Shown here: piece by piece, positions 26,916 to 38,800 of the stretch
How the letters are laid out: each line of letters starts with the position of its first letter
How positions within the stretch are numbered: the stretch's first letter is position 1
Made by a program: the position numbers and the translations under genes
The notes under the pieces: generated by a model
What the model saw: only the letters and a program-made list of their open reading frames with translations
Told to the model about the DNA's origin: nothing
Database searches by the model: none
Origin: Eledone cirrhosa
Taxonomy: Eukaryota
DNA length: 64,000 nucleotides
Assembly (NCBI GenBank): GCA_964016885.1
Contig: OZ024741.1
Span: 401,946,001 to 402,010,000, forward strand
Direction of reading: 5' to 3'

Positions 26916-27252
26916 GAAGATATATTCTTTATTATTCAAGCTCAGATCAGTAGCTCCAACTGAATAACAGAAAGTCTATAAAGACCTGTCCAACCCTTGC
27001 TAGCGGGGAAAACATGTTAAATGATGATGATGATGATGATGATAAATGAAAATCTTGCTTTTAGTAAAGTCTCAACACTATATATATCATTGCTTATTCC
27101 AGAACTTCCTACTTTTAAGGGGACACAGTTACAGATGAAATAGTAGATGAATCCCCAGCTGAACAGCTAGCTGCTTGAAATATTTATTAATCTATGTATA
27201 CAAACAATGTATGTAGTTGAATTTTCAGTTTTTAAGCACTGAGAATATATAA

Positions 27253-27407
27253 AGTATAAAGGATGATGTGATCAAGTACACAGATGTTATAAAATAGCTT
27301 AGAAAATAGGATGAAGCTATGAAGCTGATAGCAACTTTTCCCGTCTTTTAAGGTTCTTCACCCTATTTTATGGCATCTCTATACTTGACCACATCATCCT
27401 TTATACT
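27253..27407. repeat. Imperfect inverted repeat, 45-bp arms with 65-bp spacer (possible old MITE)
   Basis: 27253-27297 AGTATAAAGGATGATGTGATCAAGTACACAGATGTTATAAAATAG versus the reverse complement of 27363-27407; 5 mismatches by eye. Confidence 0.8.
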
Positions 27408-27499
27408 GATATATATAACCTATGTATGTATCTCTTCATATCTATTCATCTCTTCCTGTTTCTCCTTCCATCTACCAATTGTCCAGCTAAAGGAATATG

Positions 27500-27665
27500 T
27501 TTTATGCCATAAAGCATATTTCTGCAGAGCATCTAACATCGCTACCCTAGCGATGCAGACCGGACGGTGTAGGGCCATTGATTTCGCGTGTGAGAGTTCA
27601 TATGCTCCTTGTGGTTCATGACAGAATGGAGAAAACATTACCCCAGAGGATAGCAAAGGAAACAC
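27500..27665 (-). pseudogene. Probable decayed two-finger C2H2 zinc-finger fragment
   Basis: With two frameshifts the minus strand reads SFA.ILWGNVFS/SVMNHKEHMNSHTRNQWPYT/(C)PVCIARVAMLDALQKYALWHK. This fits Cx2Cx3Fx5Lx2Hx3H spacing twice, with an HT..PY linker, but requires several substitutions. Confidence 0.45.
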
Positions 27666-28094
27666 GTTGGAATAACCATTCCAACTAGCAGGGCTTGCTC
27701 TTGCATGTGGTCAACTCCACCCTTGATAGTAGCTGGATTATTGATAGATGGATCGAGAGACAGGAAAAGAGAAACAGGCTGGTATATGGATTAAATAGAA
27801 TTACATCCCCAACCACCTGCCATACACACAGGAACACAAAAATAAAACCGTCTTCTCATACCTACTTACTGAAAGTTCAACCTCTTTTACACATCGAACA
27901 CACCCACTTCACTTTTGAATATACACTGTTGCCTTTAGTCATCAATTCAAGCTCTTTAAACCATATTCCTTCCAGATTCTAGAGAATCATACTAATGTCC
28001 CAAATGCCAGTTGTCATCAGATGTTGCTCTTTCAATTTTCTGTAGGTTTCTCACACACAAATCTACCTATCTATTGAAAAATGAATTTAACACG

Positions 28095-28132
<38 letters not shown>

Positions 28133-28584
28133 TGTTTCTACTTTTGGCACAAGGCCAGCAATTACACCAGTGCATTACTGGTACTTTATTTTATCGACCC
28201 CGTAAATAAAATAAAGTACCAGTAGATGTGGGTTAAATGTAAGAAAGACTAAAACAAAATAAAAACGGTTTAAACAGAATATTACACAAAATAGCGAGCC
28301 ATACAGGATTTGAAAAAAATATATATATATCTATCGTTAGTTAAATCTAGAAAGCTGCATGACTGAACATAAAGATAAAGTATATACCTGTTTCCTAAGT
28401 AGTTATCAATAATCTATATATGATCAAAACCTCGAAAACGACCTTATCTCTATACATACATACATGCATATACATAAACACGGCGATTATATAAAAGAAA
28501 AATAGGAAGGGCTCAATGAAGAAGGTATAAAATGAAACTATAAAAAAAACCCCGAGAGCGGTATATATATATATATATATATAA

Positions 28585-28661
28585 CAGGGTGTCCTAAAAA
28601 ATGTATACATACTTCAACAGCATTCTAATAAATGTATGTATACATTTTTGGGAGACACCCT
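28585..28661. mobile_element. Mini Tc1/mariner-type MITE (about 77 bp; relatives at 31844-31918, 33040-33130 and about 56750-56850)
   Basis: TIR CAGGGTGTCCTAAAAAATGTATAC / GTATACATTTTTGGGAGACACCC in a TA-rich context. Confidence 0.75.
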
Positions 28662-28944
28662 TATATATAATATAATCAAACGCATTGAAAATTTAATGAT
28701 TTTCATCGATTTAATTTTTTCTTATCACGACCCAAAACGTATAAGAGCTTCAAAATGCAAACGATATATATATATAAATAGATATTAAATAATTCAGACG
28801 TGAACTTAGGATGACATTGAACAAGACAAAATATAAAATAGATTTGACCAACTTTCTAATTTAGTATTTTCTTCCCCACCTCCGTCGTCGTCATCGCAAA
28901 AACAATATGTCACATGTAGTTAACATGTGTAATATATATATATA

Positions 28945-29325
28945 TATGTGAATAAAATAAGTTGATGGGTGATGGTAGTAGTAGTGGGTATTAGTCAGGC
29001 CGACAGGTCAATTAAGTATATTTAATAGATTATCGATATAATAAACCCCACCTACCGAACCAATTATCTTAACTATTCAAACCAAATGGCCAAACCATAC
29101 CAATGTATTTCGATGATAGATGATAAAAATATATGTGAATAAAAAATAAACCTTCAATTGCGGTGGGTAGTGGTGGAGGTATTCGGACCGACAGGTCAAT
29201 TAAGTATATTTAATAGATTATCGATAGAGTGAAGCCCACCTAGCAAACCAATCAACTTAACTAACCGAACCGAACGAAGCCAATCTATTGAGATAAAACG
29301 TCAGCCATTCTATTATATCGATACA
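28945..29325. promoter_or_regulatory. Diverged 188-bp duplication with an invariant 39-bp core and three TATCGATA motifs
   Basis: CCGACAGGTCAATTAAGTATATTTAATAGATTATCGATA is identical in both copies. TATCGATA at 29031, 29219 and 29316; several CCAAT. A regulatory role is inference only. Confidence 0.35.
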
Positions 29326-29737
29326 GTGAGAAAACAGACTTGTCTTTAATAGATTTCGTGGATGATCGTCTCTAAAGAAAGCTTCTCTTTAGCTGTCTCT
29401 CTCTGTCAATCTTTGATCAATTAATTGAGACACAGTGAGAAATACCCAAGAAAAAATTGTAAAAAAACAACAACCGAAAAACCTATTAGTACTAAATATC
29501 GAAATATGTATTGATATTCTAACACGCACACAGTGGTTAAGGGAGAACAATTGCTTCTTAAATTTACACGATTTATATATATATATAAATATATAGACGG
29601 TGTATGTGTATATATATATATATATATATATCGTGTATATATATATTGTCGCCATAGTTTAATAGGATACGCCTTTGATAACGGAACAGGACAAAGACAT
29701 ATACGTATGTATGTGTGTGTGTGTATATATATATATA

Positions 29738-29895
29738 TAGACTCACATGTACATACATTAGGAAATATATATATATATAGACTCACATGTATATACATTA
29801 TGAAATATATATATAGAGAGACTCACATGTATATACATTAGGAAATATATATAGAGAGAGACTCACATGTATATACATTAGGAAATATATATATA
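29738..29895. repeat. About 40-bp repeat (4 copies) built on TA tracts
   Basis: AGACTCACATGTATATACATTAGGAAATATATAT repeated. Confidence 0.85.
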
Positions 29896-30050
29896 CAACA
29901 TATACTTAAATTTCCTAGTGTGTAATGTAGAAAATCCATTACAGGAAAATAATAGATGGCATTTTCATTTTAATTTCCCCCGTCAACCTTAAGATTGCAC
30001 ACATATAAATACATATAATATATATACATTTATAATATATATATAATGTG

Positions 30051-30127
<77 letters not shown>

Positions 30128-30320
30128 CCTCGTATAAGTAAGTTTTTTCTCAATTTAATGTAAAGCAGACATGCTGTACGGCGATGTAGTAAGTATATGT
30201 TAAATGAATTAGTTGAAGAAAACGCTAAAAATACGAGGACGAAGACAGTTTCGGCGATTTAATATATATACATACATTTATATATATATACTTACACGCG
30301 CACACACATACACGCACGCG

Positions 30321-30348
<28 letters not shown>

Positions 30349-30353
<5 letters not shown>

Positions 30354-30532
30354 TTCATATAAAGATCTTTCTATCTTGGTTTTAAGAGGACAGGAAATAA
30401 TATAACATACATTTATGTATACATACACGTATATATATATATATATATATACGTGTATGTATACATAAATGTATGTTATATTATTTCCTGTCCTCTTAAA
30501 ACCAAGATAGAAAGATCTTTATATGAAATATA
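30349..30532. repeat. Perfect 184-bp palindrome centred on a (TA)n tract
   Basis: TATTTCATATAAAGATCTTTC...ACATACACG(TA)11CGTGTATGT...GAAAGATCTTTATATGAAATA; no spacer, and no mismatch seen. Confidence 0.95.
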
Positions 30533-31083
30533 ATATATATGACAGAACATATTTAATTAGCTTCGGCAAATAATGTTAAATTCTAAATATTTAAATAGAA
30601 ATATATGAGAGGAGTAAGCTAATAATAATAATTATTATTAAATACATTAAAGAGAAGCTAATATATATTATATGTATTATAGACATATAATATATTACAT
30701 ACATATATATATGTATAATATATATTATACATATATACACATATAATATATTATATACACATACATATATTATACATATATATATATGTATAATATATAT
30801 TATACATATATACACATATATATATTACACATACATATATATATATTATACACATATATATTATACACATACATATTATACACTTACATATATATATATT
30901 ATACATATATATATATATATATTATATATATATATATATAAACACAATATAATCAAAAATCGAATATATTAATAATATAATACAACACTAATAACATAAC
31001 AATAATAATTATATTATTTCCTTTGTTCCATAGGACCAGACCAAAAAAAAATAATATATATTTATCTGTCTATATATACTTAC

Positions 31084-31170
31084 AGGTAGATTTGGACTGA
31101 TTTCAGCTGAGCAGGAATGACAGTAAAATCTGTTCAACCTAGATTGGTTTTGAAACGCTGCCTCCGCCAT
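31084..31170 (-). CDS. RNF126: Exon 1 (start codon) of RNF126/RNF115-like E3 ubiquitin ligase
   Basis: AAA ATG GCG context. Translates to MAEAAFQNQSRLNRFYCHSCSAEISPNLP followed by a GTAAGT donor. Matches the family N-terminus MAEAS...RYFCHCCSVEIVPRLP / RFFCHFCKGEVSPKLP. Confidence 0.93.
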
Positions 31171-31290
31171 TTTCCTGAGCGGATTCAATTGAGATGAAAA
31201 CGAAATTCCGTCCCCTTGTCTTTGAAAAGGAAGAAACTACCAGAGGACGCTACTGATGCTGTCGTCACCGATCAACTCCATTTCATTTTG
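31171..31290 (-). promoter_or_regulatory. Putative 5' UTR / proximal promoter of the RNF126-like gene
   Basis: Relatively GC- and CpG-enriched non-repetitive segment immediately upstream of the ATG, within very AT-rich surroundings. The transcription start cannot be located from sequence. Confidence 0.45.
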
Positions 31291-31467
31291 TTTATTGGTT
31301 TATTACTACTTTATTAGTAGTAGTTAGTTTTTTTTTTCTTCTACTTTTTAGTTTTACTTTAGTTTAGTTTTACTATACTATAAGTCTATATACACTCACT
31401 TTATGTATATATATATATAGAGAGAGAGAGAGAAGTAAATCACGACCGCGGTTTGGGATCGTGTATA

Positions 31468-31498
<31 letters not shown>

Positions 31499-32239
31499 GT
31501 GTTTATATCTACATACACACATATGTGTGTGTATATATATTTATATATGTGTGTGTGTGTATATATTTATATATGTTGTTTTTTTAATTAGTAATTATTT
31601 ATTGTAACAAAAATGAAAAAAAATGTTTTCAGTTATTAATTACACAAATCTTAACAAATAAAATTTACTTAACCAAAATAATTGTTTCTACTTTAGGCAC
31701 AAGGCCAGCAATTACTTAACCAAAATAATGTTTTCTGATTTTAAAAGTAGATTACATTCATTTTTACAAACAAAATTACGAATTTTTAAAATTGTTTGAT
31801 ATTTAAAAAACAATACCCAACTATGTCATATATATACACACAGAGGGTGTCCCAAAAAATGTATACTCATACTTATTAAAATACTGTTGAAATGTGTATA
31901 CATTTTATGGGGACACTATGTGTGTGTAGACAATTTTTTTAATGTCTATAATTGAAGATTAAATGAAAAAAAACCAAATCAATCTTCGTTAAATAAGATA
32001 TTATTGGTCCGCTAGTTACATTATCACAGTTATGTCCCTTGCTAAAGGATAGCCGGCTACTTTTTTTCAGTAAATTCATTATAAAGCTCAGCGCCGGGTT
32101 TACCATTGTGTTTAATTATAATGGCTCGTTGGTCAGGAGAACCCATCTTACTGTGTTGGCCTACTGAACTTACCTCCTTGAGGGACCAAGTAAAGGGCCT
32201 CATTTGTCCTAAATCCGGCACTGATAAAGCTACAACTTA

Positions 32240-32855
32240 ACACGTTTGGAGGGGTTGGGTTGCTGACAGCGAAGTTGTCATCGCTGACGACTCGCCTGAC
32301 CGAGGTATCTGGCTATGCCCGTGAGGGTATTTGGTTGTTTCAATGTCTTAGCCTCGCCATCACCTCGCCTTACTGAGGTGTCAGGTGATGTCCGTGAGGG
32401 TACTTCGTTGTTTCAGCTCCTTAGCATCATAATCACTCAACCTTACTGAGGTGTCAGGTGATGCCTATGAGGGGTCCTGGTTATTTCAGTACCTTAGCCT
32501 CACCATCACCTGGCCTTACTGAGATGTCAGGTGATGTCCATGAGAGTGCCTGGTTGTTTCAGCACCTTAGCATCATAATCACTCAACCTTACCGCAGTAT
32601 CAGGTGATGCCCGCGGGGGTGCCTAGTTGTTTCAGCGTCTTAGCCTCGCCATCACCCGCCCTTGCTGAGGTAACAGGTGATACCCGTGAGGGTGCCTAGT
32701 TATTTCAGTGCCTTAACTTTGCCATCACTCGGCTTTACTGAGCTGTCAGGTGACGCTTGTGAGGCTGCCTAATTGTCTCAGCACCTTAGCCTCACCATCA
32801 CCCGTGGTAATGTTGCGAGCATGTTGGCTTGCCTCAAATTGTTCCGTTGACCCTT
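32240..32855 (+). repeat. 73-bp tandem array (7 units) derived from the C-terminal coding tail of a CRE-like retrotransposon
   Basis: Units start at 32302, 32375, 32448, 32521, 32594, 32667 and 32740. Entry reads TFGGVGLLTA..LSSL.TRL.EV and exit reads ITRGNVASMLACLK, as in 33455-33637. Confidence 0.85.
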
Positions 32856-33239
32856 ATGATGTGTGGCCGATTATCGCACTTGGTAGTGAATTGATGGTCG
32901 TTTTGTTTAATCTTATATATTTATTATATATTATTTGTGTCTATTTTCATTCTGTAAGAACTATAAATAATTTGTAATGTTATTTATACAATTGTGAATA
33001 AAATAACTGAAATATTTAAATTTTACATATATGATATATAGGGTGTACCCCAAAAATGTATACACACTTCAACAGCATTCTAATAAATATTGCCTGTACA
33101 CGTAATCAAAGTGTGTATACATTTTTGCAGAGTCGTTAGACCGCCGGATAGAATTCTTTATTATATTCGTTCCGGCTTTCTACACTCTTAGTTCAAATCC
33201 CGCCCAGGTGGACTTAGTTTTTATCCTTTCGAGGACAAT

Positions 33240-33640
33240 CTGGGTTGTCCAGAAGTGACGGCGAAAGACTTGACAGCCTTACCCTGTGCCCCTGGTCGAG
33301 AGGCAGGTGCCTCTGGGACGTCACTGTTAGTTAGTCGTTTGCTCTTTCCCACATCCTGGATGCTGCGGTTAGGACGAGAGCCACAGCTTCCGCAGCCGAG
33401 CGGAGTAAGACCCTCAAATACTGTGATCTGTCGGCCAGCTACATTTTTCAGCCTGTGGCTTTCGAGACGTTTGGGGGAGTCGGGCCGCTGACTGCGAGGT
33501 TCCTCTCTTCACTGGCGGCTCGCCTAATAGAGGTAACTGGCGAATCTCACGAGGGCGCTTGGCTGTTTCAGCGCATCAGCCTCGCCATCACCCGAGGCAA
33601 CGCTGCGAGTGTGTTGGCTTGCCTAAAAAATCATTAGAGA
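33240..33640 (+). mobile_element. 3' fragment of a CRE-clade non-LTR retrotransposon (restriction-like endonuclease domain), frameshifted
   Basis: SRSDGERLDSLTLCPWSRGRCL/WDVTV ... VAFETFGGVGPLTARFLSSLAARLIEVTGESHEGAWLFQRISLAITRGNAASVL matches the RPDG..WD.T..ET.G..QR.S.A..RGN signature of CRE-like elements. Confidence 0.8.
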
Positions 33641-34899
33641 GGTTTCCCAGTACTCCTCGCAACGCTGCTGTCTTTTGCTCTGGTGTTGGCTCGGTTGTTC
33701 ACCCTTTCCTTTACATTTTCTTTAATATTGTAGCATTGGGGGAATATATCTTTCATTAAAAAAAGAGTACCTGTCCAGTATTGGGTCGGTTCTTTCTCTA
33801 TATATCTTTTTCTCGCTTCAACACCCAACACACTCTGAAAGAAATTGTCTTAGCTCTCAAACGTGGAGACACTATATACCACTGTGGTGTACACCTGCGA
33901 CTCACAACAAGAGTTACGGGTCCATACATACATATGGTCCTGTAACTCCTGGTGGTGTCGTAAGGGTGCCGTATTAAAATACGGCGTTTCTTGGCCATTT
34001 TAAGCCTGGCGGAGCCCATCCCTGAGCACAGCAGATTTGATCATAAAAACGATAATGAAAATGATTGTGTACAGTGCTCAGGCGCACTACAACTCATCAA
34101 AGGTGCATGTATAGTACATAGAATAATTGTTTCTACTTTTGGCACAAGGCCAGCAATTTCCCAGTGTATTACTGGTACTTTATTTTATCGACCCCGTAAG
34201 GATGAAAGGCAAAGTCAACCTCGGCGGGATTTGAACTCAGAATGGCAAGGGCCGTAACTCTATGCGTCAAAACATAGCGGCCGACCCTCTACCGATACTG
34301 CCAAAATGTTCTAATGTCAGGTTCCTAGCAATCGTTAATTGCATTCATAATATGTTACGGCTCTTTATGCTTAACTCCCGTCGAGGCCAGCCCTACCCTT
34401 CATCCCCACGGGGTCGACAAAACAAAGCACCAGCAACCCAATCGACTTTCCCCCCCCCCCCAAATTACTGGCCTTGTGCCCACACCAGAAATCATTATAT
34501 GTTACGGCTCTTCACGTTCTGAGGTCAAATCCCGCCGAGGCTAGCCTTACCTCCCAGAGAGAGGAATAATCGACCCTAGTACAAGACAGGTACTTTTTTC
34601 ATCGACCTCGAAAGGATGAAAGGCAAAGTTGACCTCGACGGGATTTGAACTCAGAGAGTAGAGAGCAAGAACGAATACCATAAAGCATTGTGTCCGACAT
34701 TCTAACGACTCTGTCAATTCGCCGCCTCCATATACACATACAACGTAACATATACCGCCAATAAAGTATTTACGTTAACTTCCTTTCGTCTTTCTCATTC
34801 CTATTTTTACATTGTATTTTCTATTATTACTTAATGTTAGAGGGGAAACCTCTCAATAATGGAGTGATGATAGAATAGATTAAATACATTAACATTTAT

Positions 34900-35292
34900 T
34901 ATGGGTAATGACCGAATGAATACGATTGCGAATACAAGCGGCCGAAATGAGGTTCCTCCGAAGGGTCTTTGGTATAACATTACTCGATAGAGTGCGTGGT
35001 TCGGAGATCAGAGTCGCTACTTCTCTGAATTGAGAGATCACAGCTCCGATACTATGGAGATGTGGTTAGAATGTCTCAGGAAAGAAGTGGACTAAATAAC
35101 CGAAAGAAGACCCAGGGGTAGACCCCGAGCAAGATGGTTGGATAACATCCATGAGCTTTGCAGGTCTCGTTTAGGGATCCAGCCGGATGAGATGGAGACG
35201 GTTGCTTCTGACAGTACTTGGTGGGATGAGTGCTTCAGGACTCTGTCCACACGACCCTCTCAGGAAGCTTAAGAAGAAAAAGAAAAAGAAGA
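34900..35292 (+). mobile_element. RTE (Expander/Rex3-like) LINE 3' end
   Basis: 'WVMTE.IRLRIQAAEMRFLRRVFGITLLDRVR...QLRYYG...RPRGRPRARWLDNI', ending in an (AAG)-rich tail. Same family as 26395-26915. Confidence 0.82.
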
Positions 35293-35730
35293 TTTATTAT
35301 TATATTTCATTATTGTATTTTGGGGTTATTTAAAAAAAACAACATTGACTATAAATTATTTCAATTAATAAAGCCTCCGAAAATCGTTCTAAGAATTACC
35401 TCCCTTAGATTTGCTTTATTAGTCAACAAATATTTCTACAGAGTTATATAATAGTTTATATAATTGCTACAATGGTAAGGACGGTAGATTAGCAGTAATG
35501 GGAAGAGCATCGGACGACATGTTTTATAGCATGTAGTTACGTCCCTTTACGTTCTGAGTTCAAATCTCGCCGAGGTTAGCTTTGCCTTTCATCTTTACGG
35601 GGTCGATAAAATAAAGTACCAGTAATGCACTGGAGTCAATTTAATCAACTTTACCCTTTCCATACTTTTAAAGGAGTCACAAGTAATTAAATCAACTCCA
35701 GTAGTTTATCTTACTTATGTACCCGCAACT

Positions 35731-35870
35731 GGGGTGCCACCCTAGATGTGCCACTGGTACAGCCAGTTGTTGAGGTGCCGCTCTAGATGTCCCACTGATG
35801 CAGCCAGTTGTTGGGGTGCCACTCTAGATGTGCCACTGGTACAGCCAGTTGTTGGGCTGCCACTCTAGAC
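35731..35870. repeat. 41-bp tandem repeat (about 3.4 copies) at the ORF end of the minus-strand LINE
   Basis: GGGGTGCCACTCTAGATGTGCCACTGGTACAGCCAGTTGTT at 35731, 35772, 35813 and 35854. Confidence 0.85.
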
Positions 35871-38800
35871 ACTTTCACAATCAGCTCTCACCACCAGTCT
35901 CTATTCACCATCATACATAGAAGGGTCTCAGTGTTGCAACCAGTCCAGATTTTGATGTTCTCAAACCAAGAACTTTCTTTATCTGTCCCTTCTTTGCCCT
36001 ACCTCGATTATGCCTGAAGGATGGTTTTGGACAAAGAGTTGTGGTGAGATATATGACCATACCAGGCAAGCTTCCGTCTTTTGTTGCAAGGTGTGGTTCC
36101 TGTCTGCCATTATATTTGTTATCTTGTTGCCTAACAAAGTTTTTTGTTTTGTGTTCCGTGTATGGGATGTTTAGCAACCTTCTGAAGGACTTGAGCCCTG
36201 TGTACAGGATGTTTAGCAACCTTCAGGAGGACTTGAGTTCTGTGTACAGGATGTTTAGTAACCTTCTGGAGGACTTGAGTTCTGTGTACAGGATGTTTAG
36301 CAACCTTCTGAAGGACTTGAGTTCTGTGTACAGGATGTTTAGTAACCTTCTGGAGGACTTGAGTTCTGTGTACAGGATGTTTAGCAACCTTCTGAAGGAC
36401 TTGAGTTCTGTGTACAGGATGTTTAGTAACCTTCTGGAGGACTTGAGTTCTGTGTACAGGATGTTTAGCAACCTTCTGAAGGACTTGAGTTCTGTGTACA
36501 GGATGTTTAGTAACCTTCTGAAGGACTTGAGTTCTGTGTACAGGATGTTTAGCAACCTTCTGAAGGACTTGAGTTCTGTGTACAGGATGTTTAGTAACCT
36601 TCTGAAGGACTTGAGTTCTGTGTACAGGATGTTAGCAACCTTCTGAAGCACTTGAGTTCTGTGTACAGGATGTTTAGTAACCTTCTGGAGGACTTGAGTT
36701 CTGTGTACAGGATGTTTAGCAACCTTCTGAAGGACTTGAGTTCTGTGTACAGGATGTTTAGTAACCTTCTGAAGGACTTGAGTTCTGTGTACAGGATGTT
36801 AGCAACCTTCTGAAGCACTTGAGTTCTGTGTACAGGATGTTTAGTAACCTTCTGAAGGACTTGAGTTCTGTGTACAGGATGTTTAGTAACCTTCTGAAGG
36901 ACTTGAGTTCTGTGTACAGGATGTTTAGTAACCTTCTGAAGGACTTGAGTTCTGTGTACAGGATGTTAGCAACCTTCTGAAGCACTTGAGTTCTGTGTAC
37001 AGGATGTTTAGTAACCTTCTGGAGGACTTGAGTTCTGTGTACAGGATGTTTAGTAACCTTCTGAAGGACTTGAGTTCTGTGTACAGGATGTTTAGTAACC
37101 TTCTGAAGGACTTGAGTTCTGTGTACAGGATGTTTAGCAACCTTCTGAAGGACTTGAGTTCTGTGTACAGGATGTTTAGTAACCTTCTGAAGGACTTGAG
37201 CTCTGTGTACAGGATGTTTAGCAACCTTCTGGAGGACTTGAGCTCTGTGTACAGGATGTTTAGCAACCTTCTGAAGGACTTGAGTTCTATGTACAGGATG
37301 TTTAGCAACCTTCTGGAGGACTTGAGTTCTGTGTACAGGATATTTAGCAACCTTCTGGAGGACTTGAGTTCTGTGTACAGGATGTTTTGCAACCTTCTGG
37401 AGGACTTGAGTTCTGTGTACAGGATGTTTAGCAACCTTCTGAAGGACTTGAGTTCTGTGTACAGGATGTTTAGCAACCTTCTGGAGGACTTGAGTTCTGT
37501 GTACAGGATGTTTAGCAACCTTCTGGAGGACTTGAGTTCTGTGTACAGGATGTTTAGCAACCTTCTGGAGGACTTGAGTTCTGTGTACAGGATGTTTAGT
37601 AACCTTCTGGAGGACTTGAGTTCTGTGTACAGGATGTTTAGTAACCTTCTGAAGGACTTGAGCTCTGTGTACAGGATGTTTAGCAACCTTCTGGAGGACT
37701 TGAGCTCTGTGTACAGGATGTTTAGCAACCTTCTGGAGGACTTGAGTTCTGTGTACAGGATGTTTAGTAACCTTCTGGAGGACTTGAGTTCTGTGTACAG
37801 GATGTTTAGCAACCTTCTGGAGGACTTGAGTTCTGTGTACAGGATGTTTAGCAACCTTCTGGAGGACTTGAGTTCTGTGTACAGGATGTTTAGTAACCTT
37901 CTGGAGGACTTGAGTTCTGTGTACAGGGTGTTTAGTAACCTTCTGAAGGACTTGAGCTCTGTGTACAGGATGTTTAGCAACCTTCTGGAGGACTTGAGCT
38001 CTGTGTACAGGATGTTTAGCAACCTTCTGGAGGACTTGAGTTCTGTGTACAGGATGTTTAGTAACCTTCTGGAGGACTAGAGTTCTGTGTACAGGATGTT
38101 TAGTAACCTTCTGGAGGACTTGAGTTCTGTGTACAGGATGTTTAGTAACCTTCTGGAGGACTTGAGTTCTGTGTACAGGATGTTTAGCAACCTTCTGGAG
38201 GACTTGAGTTCTGTGTACACGATGTTTAGCAACCTTCTGGAGGACTTGAGCTCTGTGTACAGGATGTTTAGTAACCTTCTGGAGGACTTGAGCTCTGTGT
38301 ACAGGATGTTTAGTAACCTTCTGGAGGACTTGAGTTCTGTGTACAGGATGTTTAGTAACCTTCTGGAGGACTTGAGTTCTGTGTACAGGATGTTTAGCAA
38401 CCTTCTGGAGGACTTGAGCTCTGTGTACAGGATGTTTAGCAACCTTCTGGAGGACTTGAGTTCTGTGTACAGGATGTTTAGTAACCTTCTGGAGGACTTG
38501 AGTTCTGTGTACAGGATGTTTAGTAACCTTCTGGAGGACTTGAGTTCTGTGTACAGGATGTTTAGCAACCTTCTGGAGGACTTGAGTTCTGTGTACAGGA
38601 TGTTTAGCAACCTTCTGGAGGACTTGAGCTCTGTGTACAGGATGTTTAGCAACCTTCTGGAGGACTTGAGCTCTGTGTACAGGATGTTTAGTAACCTTCT
38701 GGAGGACTTGAGCTCTGTGTACAGGATGTTTAGTAACCTTCTGGAGGACTTGAGTTCTGTGTACAGGATGTTTAGTAACCTTCTGGAGGACTTGAGTTCT

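Noticed and set aside
28395-30940. Several YIYIYI-rich ORFs (also at 21451 and 55745-57459)
   Set aside because: Translations of (TA)n and (CA)n microsatellites.
32100-32240. Minus-strand GAG|GTAAGT donor-like site near 32170 as a possible upstream non-coding exon
   Set aside because: A single consensus match with no other support; no acceptor was identified upstream of the ATG exon.
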